A stretch of DNA of 54,784 nucleotides from Octopus bimaculoides (GCF_001194135.2 NC_069002.1:25776598-25831381), one strand, 5' to 3'; positions 1 to 13,199 are shown, numbered from the stretch's first letter. Notes: generated by a model not told the origin, from the sequence alone. Program-made: numbers and translations.

Positions 1-160
1 TGTTTTATATATTATTTTCTTCATTTTGTACTTCTTTGTAAAAAAACATTTTCATTCTCCTTCTTGATAATTTGCTTCCTCGCAATGAAAACCGGTTAGA
101 AAAAATCTTTATTAAATTATGCTTCCAGTTCAGCATTCTGGCTTTTTTTCATTTTCCTAT
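1..160 (+). mobile_element. Probable Penelope-like element 3' terminal segment (second copy at 23542-23700)
   Basis: About 95% identical by eye to 23542-23700, which lies across an N gap from a PLE linker ORF fragment. Confidence 0.5.
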
Positions 161-183
161 ATATATATATATATAGTATTTCA

Positions 184-236
<53 letters not shown>

Positions 237-384
237 GTATGTGTGTATATGATGGACTTCTTTCAGTTTCCGTCCACCAAATCCTCTCTCACAAAGTAGA
301 AGCATTTCTCATGGCCCCAGCAGACGAAATGGTAAAGGCACTGCTCCAGAGGATGCTGAGGGGGTGCATTTTGAATTGACTATG

Positions 385-538
385 GATTATCTTGTAATTT
401 TAAGATTTTGATGATGGATTGCTTATTTTTAAAATATCATTGTAGGGTAGGTATGAGAGGACAGATGTGGCCAGTTTGAACATAAAATAGACAGAATATT
501 TGGGCCAGATGCGTCCAGTTTAAATGCTAAAGAGTTAA
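385..538. mobile_element. Right part of a piggyBac-type MITE
   Basis: Ends in ...aatgctaaagag-TTAA, resembling a GGG-TTAA piggyBac terminus; left end not found. Confidence 0.35.
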
Positions 539-1139
539 ATTCACACCTGTGTTGTAATATCATACATGTAATGAATGCAAGCTTTCGTTTGGTGATTACA
601 CTTCAGGAATTTCACTGTCGTGTGGCAACAACTGTATACAACGGTGAGGTAAACGCAGTTAGCTGAGTAATAACTGTGTTATCACAGAAACTATTACCAA
701 CTCAACTTAATTGTGATACCAGAAGTTCATAAGTTTAACCAAACACTAGCTTCAAATTATCCCATTCTCTCTGTGCACGTTTATTTTTTAAATTTTTTTA
801 GCTAGTTACACATAAAAAGACTTTGGAAACTTCAAAAGATCTTCAAACACTAAATTGCTGATATTTTCAAATCACTTAGAACATAGACTTTAACTATAAA
901 CTACGCATCTAAACATTGCGGCTTTTGTTTTGTTTTTTAGTTCTTCCCTGCGTTAATTGCCGTTAACATGGTTTTATTTTTTTCCTTTTTCTAAAGCAGC
1001 ATTTCCTTTCATCCCTGTCTCTCTCTCTCTCTCTCACATCACTTCACACTCTCTCTCTCTCTTTAAACTATAGATAGGTGTAATACATGCACCCACACCC
1101 ACCCACATACATATACTCACACACATACACACACGTACG

Positions 1140-1300
1140 TATGGAGGTGTAGTGGTTTGTGTGTTCAGCTCATGATTGTGAAATGATGCATTCAATTCTT
1201 GGACCAGACATCACTTGGTGTCCTTCATGCCAGGCTCTTCATTTCACATTGCCTCAGTCTATTTACCTGTAAACGAGTACCTGCTGAGGTCTGATGCAAC
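1140..1300 (+). mobile_element. Degenerate tRNA-derived SINE (family D)
   Basis: A-box-like gtgtagtgg and B-box-like attcaattct; similar to 49015-49250 (+) and 27060-27285 (-). Confidence 0.45.
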
Positions 1301-1304
1301 TTCC

Positions 1305-1447
1305 CACTCTCCCTCTCTCTCTCTCCCTCTCTTTCTCTTCCTTTCTCTTTCTCTTCCTCTCTCTTTCTCTTCCTCTCTCTTTCTCTTTCTCTCTCTTTCT
1401 CTCTCTTTCTCTTTCTCTCTCTTTCCTTTTCTCTCTCTTTCTCTTCT
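1305..1447. repeat. (CT)n/(CTTT) low-complexity tract
   Basis: Direct reading. Confidence 0.95.
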
Positions 1448-1604
1448 CAGTCATCAAACCTGTAATGTTCTCCTGAGTGAAAGGCAGGTGGGCTAAGGTG
1501 GCATCTATATGTGCTCACAACCACACAAGCACCTGAAACAATCAATGAAAACATCATCCAAGGTGCCAGGGCATATTTACTTGCAAGTGGAGGTCATGGT
1601 TTCA

Positions 1605-2228
1605 GCTCTTCTCCACCTGTCATATCTCTTCTCCATCCTTATCTATTTTCATTTCTCGTTAACCATATCCATTTTACCTTCCTTACCTATTTTCACCTGT
1701 CATGATCTATTTCTCCACCCTTACACGTTTTCAGCTCATGTTAATAATACACATTTATTTCCCTGTTCTTACCTATTTTCACCTCTCATTAGCAATATCT
1801 GTCTCTCCTTCTTTACCTGTTTTCACATCTTGTTAGCAACACACATTTATTTCTACACCCATATCTGTTCATACCTCTCCTTAGCAAAACAACATATCTA
1901 TTTTGCCACCCTTACCTGTCTACACCTCCCCTTAGAAACCCACATCTATTCTTCTATCCTTACCTGTTTTCACCTCTCATTTGCAACATATATTTCTCCA
2001 TTCTTTTTACATCTTGTTAGCAACACACATCTATCTCTCCATTTTTACCTGCTTACACCTCTCCTTAGCAAAACACCTCGATTTCTCCATCCTTACTTTG
2101 TTAGCAACATAATTCTATTTCTCCACCCTCACCTATTTTCATCTCTCCTTGGCAACATACATCTATTTCTACACCCTTACCTGTTTACACCTCTCGTTAA
2201 CAACACACACCTATATCTCCATCCTTGC
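1605..2228. repeat. Degenerate ~48-bp minisatellite, about 12-13 units
   Basis: Recurring unit like atctatttctccacccttacctgttttcacctctcgttagcaacacac. Confidence 0.8.
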
Positions 2229-2580
2229 TACTAAAAACATAAAAAAGAAACAGTATTTTGCAACTGTTTGTATTTCCCTTGTGAATCTACGGAACACAAA
2301 CTCTAATATAATTGCTGTCCAGTTCTTATACAACATTCTTGTGTTTCCTGATTCTAATCAGTTCCGCTCACAGGAATATAGACTCACTGAAAGATATGCG
2401 AGATATGCTATGGCCAGACATCACTGCAGCTAATTTTTTTCAATTCTCATACAACACCACCAGCCCTGCAGACATCTGGTACTAATAAGATATTGGTCTC
2501 TTGTGGCAAGACTCTCATGTGATCAGCTTGCAACTATTCTTCTCTATGTTATAACATTATATGATAGCTTTTGTTTGTTG

Positions 2581-2584
2581 TTAT

Positions 2585-2639
<55 letters not shown>

Positions 2640-2688
2640 AATAATAATAATAATAATAATAATAATAGTAATAGTAATATTAATAATA

Positions 2689-2725
<37 letters not shown>

Positions 2726-2741
2726 TAATAACAACAACAAC

Positions 2742-2773
<32 letters not shown>

Positions 2774-2805
2774 TCATAAAAACAGTAATGATAATAATAA
2801 TAATA
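2581..2805. repeat. Compound (GAT)n/(AAT)n microsatellite
   Basis: Direct reading. Confidence 0.95.
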
Positions 2806-2929
2806 GGATGTAAAGATGGAAAAGTACAGATTATTAAAAGATAAAATTGAATGAATGTGGGCTATTGGGAGAGTGTCTGTTATCCCAGTAGTTATAGGGG
2901 TACTCGGAGCTCTAACAACCAATTTCAAG

Positions 2930-2960
<31 letters not shown>

Positions 2961-3628
2961 TTAACATCCATTGTCCATGCTGGCATGGGTTGGACAGTTT
3001 GACTGGGCTGGCACACTGGAAGGCTCTACCAGGTTTCAGTCTGATTTGGCATGGTTTTCTACAGCTGGATGCCCTTCCTAATGTCAACCACTCTGAGAGT
3101 GTAATGGATGTTTTTATGTGCCGCCAGCACAGGTGCCATTTGCGTGACACTGGCATCTGTCACGATTATGATTTTGCTCAGTTTGATTGGTCTTCTCCTC
3201 AAGCATGACACAATGCCAAAGGTCTTGGTCATTGCATCCATGGGGCCCAACTCCCGAAAGGAACTCAGCCACTTTGCCCTCATGGGGCCCAATGCTTGAA
3301 GGTAACTCAGCCACTTTGCCTCTGTGAGGCCCAATGTTTGAAAGGATCTCAGCCACCTTGTCTCTGTGAGGCCCAACACTTGAAATATGTCAGAAAAATT
3401 GGAATTGACACGAAAGTAGGACAAAGCCCCAAAAAACTGCTCTGTTGGGGACAGATAAGATTTTGAGATCGTTGTTTGAGTATTAAATGTCTTCCACAAT
3501 AATTAACAACCAATTATCAAGGCTTATAATGTACGGAAAGAGACCCTGGGAGACCTCTAACAATAGGCTGCTGTCCACTATCACAGAATCAACCAGAACA
3601 AGTAAGATCGAGAGCTCTGAGAAATAAA
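2806..3628 (+). mobile_element. 3' fragment of an R4/Dong-clade (RLE) non-LTR retrotransposon, interrupted at 2933-3385
   Basis: 2806-2932 reads KYRLLKDKIE*MWAIGRVSVIPVVIGVLGALTTNFKK; 3386-3486 continues YVRKIGIDTK..QKTALLGTDKILRSLFEY* with one frameshift. Followed by a 3' UTR and (TAA)n. Confidence 0.75.
2933..3385 (-). mobile_element. RTE-tail SINE or truncated RTE 3' UTR (family B) with internal ~39-bp tandem repeats (3237-3385)
   Basis: (ATG)n tail and ggaagggcatccagctgtagaa motif shared with 18860-19046; four units of ...gcccaa...gaaaggaactcagccactttg. Confidence 0.8.
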
Positions 3629-3655
3629 ATAATAATAATAATGATGATGATGATG

Positions 3656-3695
<40 letters not shown>

Positions 3696-3702
3696 TAATA
3701 AT

Positions 3703-4255
3703 ATGCAGTACCAGGCAGTGGCTCTCATGGCTTCTTAGCTGACTGCAAGTGTTATCATGTACATTATTTTGTCTTAGTATAATTGATGGGCAACAGCAAA
3801 TATTCTACTCAATGGGACAGATTTGTTTGTCAGTTGCTTAACTCTAACCAGTTAAGCATGTCCCTTGGTGGCTGACAATATGTGCATCTCTGATCATGAG
3901 CAGAAGTAGTGGGTGGGGGGGGGAGCATCATAGCCATGTGTTGAGAGGAATTCTTTGGGGTTTGAATGATTCAGACTCTGGAAACATGGGTGTTTCATTC
4001 ATGATCCTTAAACAACTCTTATCCAGGGATTTTTTAAGTAGGATGGGCTACTCAACCTGAAAAAAATTCTAACTGGGCCCCACCTGCGAGGTCATGCGCT
4101 GTTTATCTTGATATGAGATCACCATGTCATGCACATATAGTTGCGATGCATGTGCCTAGTGTACCCTCATCAGACGGGTAGTCATGATTGGTATAATGGG
4201 CTTTGTATATTTGTACCCCAGTGTCATTTTGATGGCATGCACTGCATTCTCACTC
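3703..4255 (+). mobile_element. Unclassified ~550-bp non-coding interspersed repeat bracketed by (TAA)n
   Basis: Complex sequence with (TAA)n on both sides; I recall it as a high-copy octopus repeat; no ORF. Confidence 0.5.
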
Positions 4256-4306
<51 letters not shown>

Positions 4307-4348
4307 TACTATCACTAATAATTACTATTATTATTAGTGATAGTAATA

Positions 4349-4638
4349 CGTGTAAGAGTGGCTGTGAGGTATGAAGCTTGCCTCCGAACCACATAGTTCT
4401 GGGTTCAGTCCCACTGTGTGGCACTTTGGGCAAGTGTCTTCTTCTTTGACCATGAGCCGAAAAAGGGTTGTGAGTGGATTTGGTAGACAGAAACCGAAAG
4501 AAACCTGTCATACGCACTTTGCCTTTCATCCCTTTTGAGGTCGATAAATTAAGTACCAGTGAAACACTGGGGTCGATGTAATTGATTAGCCCCCCCCCCA
4601 CCCCAAATTTCAGACCTTGTGCCTTTAGTAGAAGAGAT
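4349..4638 (+). mobile_element. Family A SINE head fused to a family C SINE 3' part
   Basis: gagtggctgtg..ggttcagtcccactg..gggcaagtgtctt head, then gcctttcatcc..gtcgataaattaagtaccag and an (ATT)n tail. Confidence 0.7.
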
Positions 4639-4649
4639 TATTATTATTA

Positions 4650-4693
<44 letters not shown>

Positions 4694-5304
4694 TGTTTCT
4701 TGAGAGAAACAGAATGAATGGAGAAGAAATAAGAAACATCGATTCTATCAAACTCGTTATTTTCTTGATATGGTGGTGGTGGTGGTGGTGGTGGTGGTGG
4801 GTGTAGGGCTATGGGGAAGTGGGGTGTTGTGTTTTCCTGATATCATTTTATATATTAGATATCACATACTGTGTATGATATGACTCATATTCTGTAGTTT
4901 ATAATATACGAGGTGTATTTATTTGAAAATATATAACTTGATATTTTCTTCAAATTTTATTACTTTTTGTGTGGTGGTGGTGCCGGCGGCGGTGGCGGCG
5001 GCAGCGGTGGTGGTGGTAGTGGTGATGGTGGTGGCGTTGTTGACAGTTTTAATAAATTAAATATTTTCCTATGTCTCCCAGTGTTATCCTTCAATATATA
5101 GAGAAGTCTGGAGACATTGGGCACTGACAAGGTTCACACCTTTCCCATACAAAATCTCCCTCTAATACTCTCCCAAACCATGGCAATGTTATTGAGAAAG
5201 TAGGCTTCGTAACTGTCTTGTTCTAGGTTCAATCCTAAGCCACAGAACTTTCTGGAAGTGGTTCCTGTAAAAGCCTCTGATTTCTTTATCTTTTATAATT
5301 TTTT

Positions 5305-5490
5305 TACTTGTTTCAGTCATTTGACTGTGGCCATGCTGGGGCAGTGCCTTGAAGGGTTTTAGTTGAACAAATCAACCCCAGGATTTATGTTTTTCAAAGT
5401 TTGGTCCTTATTTTCTTAGTTTCCTTCGGCCAAACTGCTAACTTATGGAGATGTAAACACACCAACACCCATTGTTGGGTGTGGAGGGGG
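5305..5490 (-). mobile_element. Family A SINE 3' part
   Basis: ttttacttgtttcagtcatttgactgtggccatgctgg matches the tail of full copies. Confidence 0.75.
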
Positions 5491-5541
5491 ATAAACATAG
5501 ACATAAACACACAGACACACACTCATACATACATATATGTA

Positions 5542-5585
<44 letters not shown>

Positions 5586-5596
5586 CATATATGTAG

Positions 5597-6003
5597 GCAC
5601 AGGAGTGGAAGTGTGGTAAGAAGCTTGCTCCCCAACCACAAGGTCCCAGGTTCAGTCCCATTGTGTGGTACCTTGGGCAAGTGTCTTCTACTATAGCCTC
5701 AGGCCAACCAAAGTCTTGTGAGTGGATTTGGTAGACAGAAACTGAAAGAAGCCTGTCATATATGTATGTGTGTGTGTGTTTGTCTTCTCATGATCACTTG
5801 ACAACCAGTGTTGATGCATTTAGGTTCTTGTAAACATAGTGGTTCAGCAAAAGAGACTGATAGAGTAAGCATCAGGCTTTAAAGAATAATAAGTGTAATA
5901 AGTGCCATGGTTGATTTCTTCGACTGAAGCTCTTCAAGGTGGTGCTCCAGCATGGCCGCAGTTAGAAAGACTGAAACAAGTAAAAGAATAAAAGAAAAAG
6001 AAT
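5597..6003 (+). mobile_element. Full-length tRNA-derived SINE (family A)
   Basis: A/B-box-like head, accttgggcaagtg core, internal TA/TG microsatellite, tail gactgaaacaagtaaaagaataaaag. Confidence 0.85.
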
Positions 6004-6009
6004 ACATGA

Positions 6010-6168
6010 CAAGCTTCTTTTCAGTTTCCATCTATCAAATCCACTCACAAAACTTGGTTGGCCTAAGGCTAGAGAAGACACTTGCCCAACGTACCCATAG
6101 AGTGGGACTGAACCCAGAACCTTGTAGTTGGGAAGCAAACTTTCTCCTACATAGCCACACCTGCACCT
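6010..6168 (-). mobile_element. Family A SINE head
   Basis: Reverse complement of the head at 5597-5760. Confidence 0.8.
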
Positions 6169-6544
6169 GTTTCTTCTTCGTCTGCCAATAAATCATGGAG
6201 TTTCTCTTCTTTCTTTCACGAATCTCAATCATCCTTCAAAAAAGGCTTTAGGCATTGCCCTTCGTTGGTTCTTTATCTGACTGAATTAGAGAATAAAAAT
6301 TTGGTTTTTGGAAGTAAAGAATTGTTAGGAATGATTGACAGGTTTGGCATTCTGCTTTAAGCTGAGCAAACAAGGCAAATGTGAAGAGTTTGGCAGTGCC
6401 AGAAAAGAGAAAAATATGTAACAAACTTTGTTTTAATCTTTGCTTTAATGTCCATATTTGTCAATAAAGAATTATTGGAGTTGTTTAAGCAGCGTTTTAG
6501 CAGAAAAATTGAACCATCACCAGCTAAAATATTCTTTCCTCCTC

Positions 6545-6748
6545 TAGGCACAAAGGCTGAAATTTTTGGAGAGGAGGCCAGTCGATTAGGTCGACCCCTG
6601 TACGCAACTGGTACTTAATTTATCGACCCCAAAAGGATGAAAGGCAAAATTGACTTCGGTGGAATTTCAACTCAGAATGTAAAGACAGATGAAATACCGC
6701 TAAGCATTTTGCCCGGCGTGCTAATGTTTCTACCAGCTCACCACCTTC
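6545..6748 (-). mobile_element. tRNA-derived SINE (family C)
   Basis: Reverse strand ggtggtgagctggtagaaacattagcacgccgggc..ctgagttgaaattcc..gcctttcatccttttggggtcgataaattaagtaccag. Confidence 0.8.
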
Positions 6749-6788
6749 ACCAGCTAAAATATTAAAAGAATACTGTACGCTATATATG

Positions 6789-6823
<35 letters not shown>

Positions 6824-7114
6824 GTGTATGTGTGTGTGTGTCTGTCTGTGTGTGTGTGTGCGTGTGTGTATATGTATGCATATATATATATATATATATT
6901 TTCACATACACACACTCAAGACAAGGAATAAATAATGATCATTACATATATTTTTATTGTAGTAAATTTGACTTACAACTGTTTCTAGTAGCCATTATAG
7001 GTTCATTATTAGTAAGTTTACTCGATCAACCCAACCAAGAAATTACTTTGAAAAAGTAGCATTAATTTTTTAGGTTGTCCAATTTTTCTCAACCAAACAA
7101 TGGGCCAAACCTAT

Positions 7115-7160
<46 letters not shown>

Positions 7161-7258
7161 GAAATATATTTTTCAGGAAGTTGATTGTTATGGCTGGTAT
7201 ATATAACTGTTTGAATGTTTTGGGGAATATATGAACTACTGACGATATATAAAATATA

Positions 7259-8147
7259 CAGGGATGCAATGGGTAAACTGTCACCATTTTATATTTTTAA
7301 TTTCATGCATATGCATGGTTTGTTTTTGATTTTGTTGACTGCACAGTATAGTAGGGTCAGTTGCATACAATCTGTGAGAGAAACAGCGCCATGATGCAGT
7401 TCACTCTGTCAGAAATTTGGAAACGACATGCTGTACTGCTTGGTATTCACACCAGAAGCTCCAATACGAACAGACAGTGAACATGCAGAACAATCAATTG
7501 CTTGTGGTGTCCCCAAAACATGTACTGAGAGTGATAAAAATCAGACATCCAGTCAACATCATAGAGTTTGGTGTGATTACTAGTGATGACAACGTTATGC
7601 CTCCATTCATTTTCCCACACAGCCTCACACTCAACACAGAGGCCTACATCAAGTACCTGGAGGAGGCAGTGCTGCCATGAGTCAAGACAGTGGCTGCTGG
7701 AACACCCTACATCTGACAACAGGACTCTGCACCATGTCACACAAGCAGGAGGACCCAGTCAGGCTGTCAGACAATTTCTGCAACCACACCATACCTAACA
7801 TCTGGCCACCTAACTCCCCACACTGCAACCCCCTTCATTATTATGTGTCGAGTGCAGTTGAGCAAGAGACCAACAAAACTCTTTGTGACACCAAAAATGA
7901 ACTGAAGGCAAAGATTATGGCAGCATTCACCAACTTAAACAAGGAGACCATCCAGAAGAGTTGCAGGAGATTCTGAAGTCGTCTGGAAGCCGTGGTTGAA
8001 GCCAATGGCGATTTTATTGAATAAATTTACTCTTTAGTATTTCAAGATATTTTTATGTAATTTTGGTAAATATATCTGTGAAAATGAGATGTCAGTGTTA
8101 TTTTCATTTTTGCATAATTTAGATGACAGTTTGTTCACCGCACTCAA
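7259..8147 (+). mobile_element. Decayed maT/DD37D-type (Bmmar1-like) transposon
   Basis: Frameshifted pieces KIRHPVNIIEFGVITSD..VMPPFIFP..LNTEAYIKYLEEAVLP and IWPPNSPHCNPLHYYV..ACRRF..LEAVVEANGDFIE*; imperfect TIRs with TA at both ends. Confidence 0.8.
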
Positions 8148-8266
8148 TACATACATAATATAATAGGTACAAGCATGGCTGTGTGGTAAGAAGGTTGTTT
8201 CCCAACCACATGGTTCCAGGGTCAGCCATATATATGCATGTATATATCTATATCTATATCTATCTA

Positions 8267-8315
<49 letters not shown>

Positions 8316-8413
8316 TTGTATATCTACCCACACCCATACCCACATATATTTAGGCACACATTCATACACATACATGCACATACATACATACATACATACA
8401 TGCATATATGCAT

Positions 8414-8451
<38 letters not shown>

Positions 8452-10029
8452 AGAGGGTTCAAAATGATTGTCATGCTTACTCTCAGAATCAATAATTTTC
8501 TCCCATTTGTTTGAAGATATTGAGTTCTAAAAGCTTATCCCAACGACTTGCACATGATTCTGTTTCCACCGAGAACCGAAACAGCATCCACAATTGGATC
8601 TTAATTTTGTGCTGGTTAACAATAACAGGAAAGCCAACATTAATATATTGCAATGCAACGTTGGCCGAACATCAGGAAAAGGAGAATTCAACCTCTTTCT
8701 TTATGGCAGAAAATTATTTCAGCAATAGGTTGTTGACTCTCGTCTTTAAGTTAAGGAAAGTAATTAGCATTATGTAAATTATGTCATCTTTGAAGATTTT
8801 TAGAATTAATATTCCTTGGGTTGCTTAATAAATTAGCGAATATATTGTGTTACTCTTCAGTTAGGCATTATTATTTTATCTTTGAAACAAGTTATTGGAA
8901 TTTACCATCTAAGGAACTCCACTCTGATAAGAAATGTTTGGCACTATAAGGTTGGCAAACAATATTCATGAACCCAACATAAACGATGCAGTAAATATTT
9001 TTCTAGAAAAATATTGTTATTTACTCTTTTAGTTTGAGCTTTTGCATTTTCATTTTGAATAATACTTGTCTCTCCATTAACACCATATTCTTCACTTTCT
9101 TTGGTATTGACAACCCTATAGGTTCCTCTAACAATTATCTGTCTTTTTTTTTGTTCTTATTCTTCCTCTCCACTTTCAATTTTTAGTTTCCAGTCTTTGA
9201 GTATATGATTTTCTTTCTTTTTCAAACCTTCCTTTTATTTTCTTCTTGTGTCTCATGTTATCTTCTTTTAGTTATTCTCATCCTTTCAACCTCATACCTT
9301 TTTCTGTTTCTTCATTTATTTCTTCATGTTTTACAGCACCTCTCCCCCAACTTCACATCAAAGTATTGATTTTTTTTGTTGTAAAAATTTTCATCCTTGT
9401 TTTTACTTGTTTCAGTCATTAGACCACGGTCATTCTGGGGCACCTGCAGTCTTTTTTTTATAAATCAAAAACTGACTATAGTTACAGGATGCTCAGCCCT
9501 ATTGTGCAGCATCTTGGGCAAGTATCTTCAAATCTAGTCCCGGACTAACCAAAGCCTTGTGAATAGCTTCAGTAATAGAAACTGAAAGAAGCCTTTCATG
9601 CATATGTAGCTTTGTAATGAGAGTGCTTATCTCCTGATCATAGGGTCAACAGTTCATTTCCTGGATTGGACAGTGTTTTATTATGTCTTTGAGCAACGCA
9701 TATCCTTTCATATTGCCCCAATCTACTCAGCCGACTGCCAGTGCAACCCTCTCTCTAGCCAGCAGTTACGTCTTTGATGTTTTACTAGAATAGGATTGGA
9801 AACGCTGAGAAAATGTCTGTCTAATTGTGACTACACAAGTCCTAAAACAATTAGCAAAATCATGGTACGTAATACTAGGTTGTACACCCTTGTGAAAAAC
9901 TGCAATGTTATATCTATGCATATATGTGTGCATGAGTATGTGTGATGCATGTATGTTTGTGTGTGTGTGTGTGTGTGTGTGCATATATGTGCATGCAAAC
10001 GCATACATGTATGTGTGTGTGTCTGTTAA

Positions 10030-10300
10030 TATCTTCTTGGCTTAACATTGGTTGCTAGTTGTAAACAGACATCACCACCATACAAGTGGTTTTCATTCTT
10101 TGGCAATCTTCCACAAACTTATCCCTGACCATTGTGCTGTTTCTATTCAAACGATTTAGGGAAATATTCCTTTACTTGGAAACAGACAAAGGTGGGCAAC
10201 AGCAAAGGCACCAAGTCATAAGAAAATCTGCCTCAATGAATTTTGTCTAACCCATGCAAGCATGGAAAAGTGAACATTAAAACAATGACAACATTGATGA
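10030..10300 (+). mobile_element. Diverged RTE-type 3' tail element
   Basis: Ends ctaacccatgcaagcatggaaaagtgaacattaaaa..gatgatgatg, like family B tails. Confidence 0.5.
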
Positions 10301-10906
10301 TGATGAGGAGGAGGAGGGAGAAAAGGAAGATGATGATGATTATGATGTGGACATTTACATATGTAAAAAAAAGAACCCACTTTTTTGTGCTTAAACATGG
10401 TTCATTTGCATTTGAAGTGTATCAGTATATCATGTTTGCATTTGTAATTGTATTTTCATTATGAAGAACTTGAAGAAGAACTTGAAATATATCAAACATT
10501 TAAAAATTTCCAGAAATGGAAATGGTATAAAATTAATGCTTTCGTTATTGAATACACTTTTTCTTTTATTATCTTGAAAAATAACACAGCTGAGATATTT
10601 GTGTTCAATATTCATGTAATGAATATAGAATTCCTTTCTTCAAAGAATGCTGTTTATATTGCTAAAATATTCTTTAAAAATATTTTACAGATTCTAAATC
10701 CCTGATATTTGAAAATATGAAAATATGGAGACTGTTATATTGAGTAGAAGAAGCAAATAAAACAAAGCATGAGAGATTGTTTATAAGATATTTAAGTTAC
10801 ATCATCTTACATATGTTTCATTCACATAAGGTGATTATTAGTTACATAATGTAAATTACATACTCAAATCTTAATGTCCAATCTTCAGAGATCTGTGACT
10901 TATATA

Positions 10907-12183
10907 TTGGGTTGTCCGGAAAGTTTGGGCAGATTTTTAAAGGAAAGGAAAAGGTCAATAAATGCTTGCCATTACATTTTTAATCAACCAAATATGAACC
11001 ATTTTGTTGCACAATGCGTCTCCATCTTTCCTTTAACTTGAAAATATCCTCTTCCCAGAATTGAAGTGGTTTCATGGCAAAGAATTCATCAAGGTATCTT
11101 TTTACATCATCCAAGGAATTGGATGTTTAAGGAGCAATATCTGGTGAATATGGAGCAATATCTGGTGAAGGAGCAATATCTGGTGAATATGGAGAGTGGG
11201 GTAACACATCCCAGCCGAGCTGCAGCAATTTTTGTCTGGTTTCCAAAGAAACGTGCAGTCCTGCATTATCATGTTGGAAAACAACACCCTTTCTGTTGGC
11301 TAATTATGGACGTTTCTCTTGAATTGCTGCTTTTAACTCATCCAGTTGTGTGTAGTTTTTCTCAGAATTAATTGTCTGGTTACTTGGGAGAAGCTCATAG
11401 TACAGAATTCCTTTCCAATCCCACCAGACACAAAGCAAGACTTTTTTAGGGTGAAGACCCACTTTTGGGATGGCTAAGGGTGGCTCATGTCACTTACTCC
11501 AGGATCACTTTCTCTGAACATTTCAGTAGATAATCCATTTCTCATCACCTGTCACAATTTGCTTTAAAAAAGGTGTGTTTTCATTCCGTTTATAAAGCGA
11601 ATCACAGATGGAAATGCAATCCAAAAGGTTCTTTTCACTCAACTCATGTGGTACCCAAACATCGTAGCGATTTATGTACCCAAGCTTTATCAGGTGCTCA
11701 TGAACGACGGATTTTGATAGGTTGAGGCTTTCTGTCAATTCTCGGGTTGTGTAATGTGGGTTATTCTCAATTAATGACTTGATTTGGTCATCATATGTAG
11801 TAGATGGTCTGCCTGATTGCTCTTTATCAATAAGGCTACAATCTCCAGCTCGGAACCTTTCGAACCACTTCCGTACAGTTCATTCAGATAAAGAAACATC
11901 ACCGTAAACTGCGCATATTTCTTTGGTTGCTTGTGAGGCATTTTTCCCTTTACGGAAAAAGAAAAGCACAAGTGCCGAAAATGAACTTTCTTATCTTCCA
12001 TTTTAAAGGATTACAGAATTAACACAGGTTATAGGAACATAAACCTTCTTCCACGAAAAGATAGCTTAAACTGTGCTCTAAATGGAGGTGTAGTCAAATC
12101 CTATTTTATGGACTCAATCATGTTCTAAAATAAGTCGAAAGGTAAGCTACTATAAATCGGCACAAACTTTCTGGACAACCCAA
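10907..12183 (-). mobile_element. Near full-length mariner element with pseudogenised transposase
   Basis: 1277 bp; TIRs ttgggttgtccggaaagtt / aactttctggacaacccaa with TA flanks; MEDKKVHFRH start, DVWVPHELSEKN, IVTGDEKWIIY and YSPDIAP motifs; frameshifts. Confidence 0.92.
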
Positions 12184-12194
12184 TACATACATTA

Positions 12195-12690
12195 TTGGAT
12201 TGAGAAAGTAAGTGTAAAAGCCAAACTCACTGTCTTCAATTTGGTGTTTGTGTCTATGCTTACCTATGGCTATGAAAGTTGGGTAATGACAAAAAGAATA
12301 TAATCAGGAATACAAGCAGCTGAGATGGGGTTTCTCTGAAGGGTCTTTAGGGTTGATATTACTTGATAGAGTGCAGAGCTCAGAGATCAGATAGGCATTT
12401 TAGTTAAAGCTGCTACTTCTTCAGATTGATAGATCACAGCTCAGATACTACAGATGTGTGGTAAGAATGTCCCCAGGACAGGTTTTACAGACAAAAGCAA
12501 CCAGTAGGAAACCCAGAGAGAGACCAAAAGAAAGATGATTGGATAACACTCATGAGTTCAGTTGATCTCACTTGGGGACCCAACAGTGTCAACTGAAGAT
12601 GGTTGCATCTGACTGGACCAGATTGAAGGCATGCTTGAGGATTCTGCCCCAATGACTATCCCCAGATTAACTGGGCAAAGAAGATGAAAT
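12195..12690 (+). mobile_element. RTE-clade LINE 3' fragment
   Basis: KAKLTVFNLVFVSMLTYGYESWVMTKRI*SGIQAAEMGFL*RV..IDRSQLRYY, typical RTE post-RT region, with stops. Confidence 0.75.
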
Positions 12691-13199
12691 AATGACAACA
12701 AAGTTCACCCCTGTGGAGATGATGACTGGCTGTTATTTATGTTTCTTTCTTAAAGACATAATAAAAAAAATGTATGTGTTACAAAAACACTCATGCTTAA
12801 GTGAATAAATGCTGAAATAATTCTAAAAAGCTCCTCAAGGTAAGAAATATGTTAACACAATGTAAAAAATGCATTTATGCAAAAGGCATAGCAAGATTAA
12901 AATTAATAAGATTGAGTTGAGGAAAAATGTAAGAAAACTATATGTCTCTAGGAGAAAGCTTTTGAAGAAAGGAATTAAACAATCACCTTCAGAATAAAAT
13001 TCCATATTCTTAGAAGATTACAAGAGCAAAAGGTGGGATATTTAGGCATTAGCTAAATTGGAATAAGCAGGCAAGAAGTAGAGAGGTAATTATAAGGTAA
13101 ATTAAATAACTAAACACTTGAGGCAAGAAATGTTTTAACGTGAGTAATGCATAAAGATTAACTGGATGACAGCAGGTTTGAAATATTCCGAAATAAAGA

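Noticed and set aside
2503-2844. Poly-I/M/N/D/L and IY/HT/CV-repeat ORFs here and throughout the track
   Set aside because: Translations of microsatellites.
8452-8780. Possible DNA transposon remnant
   Set aside because: No partner TIR or transposase motif found.
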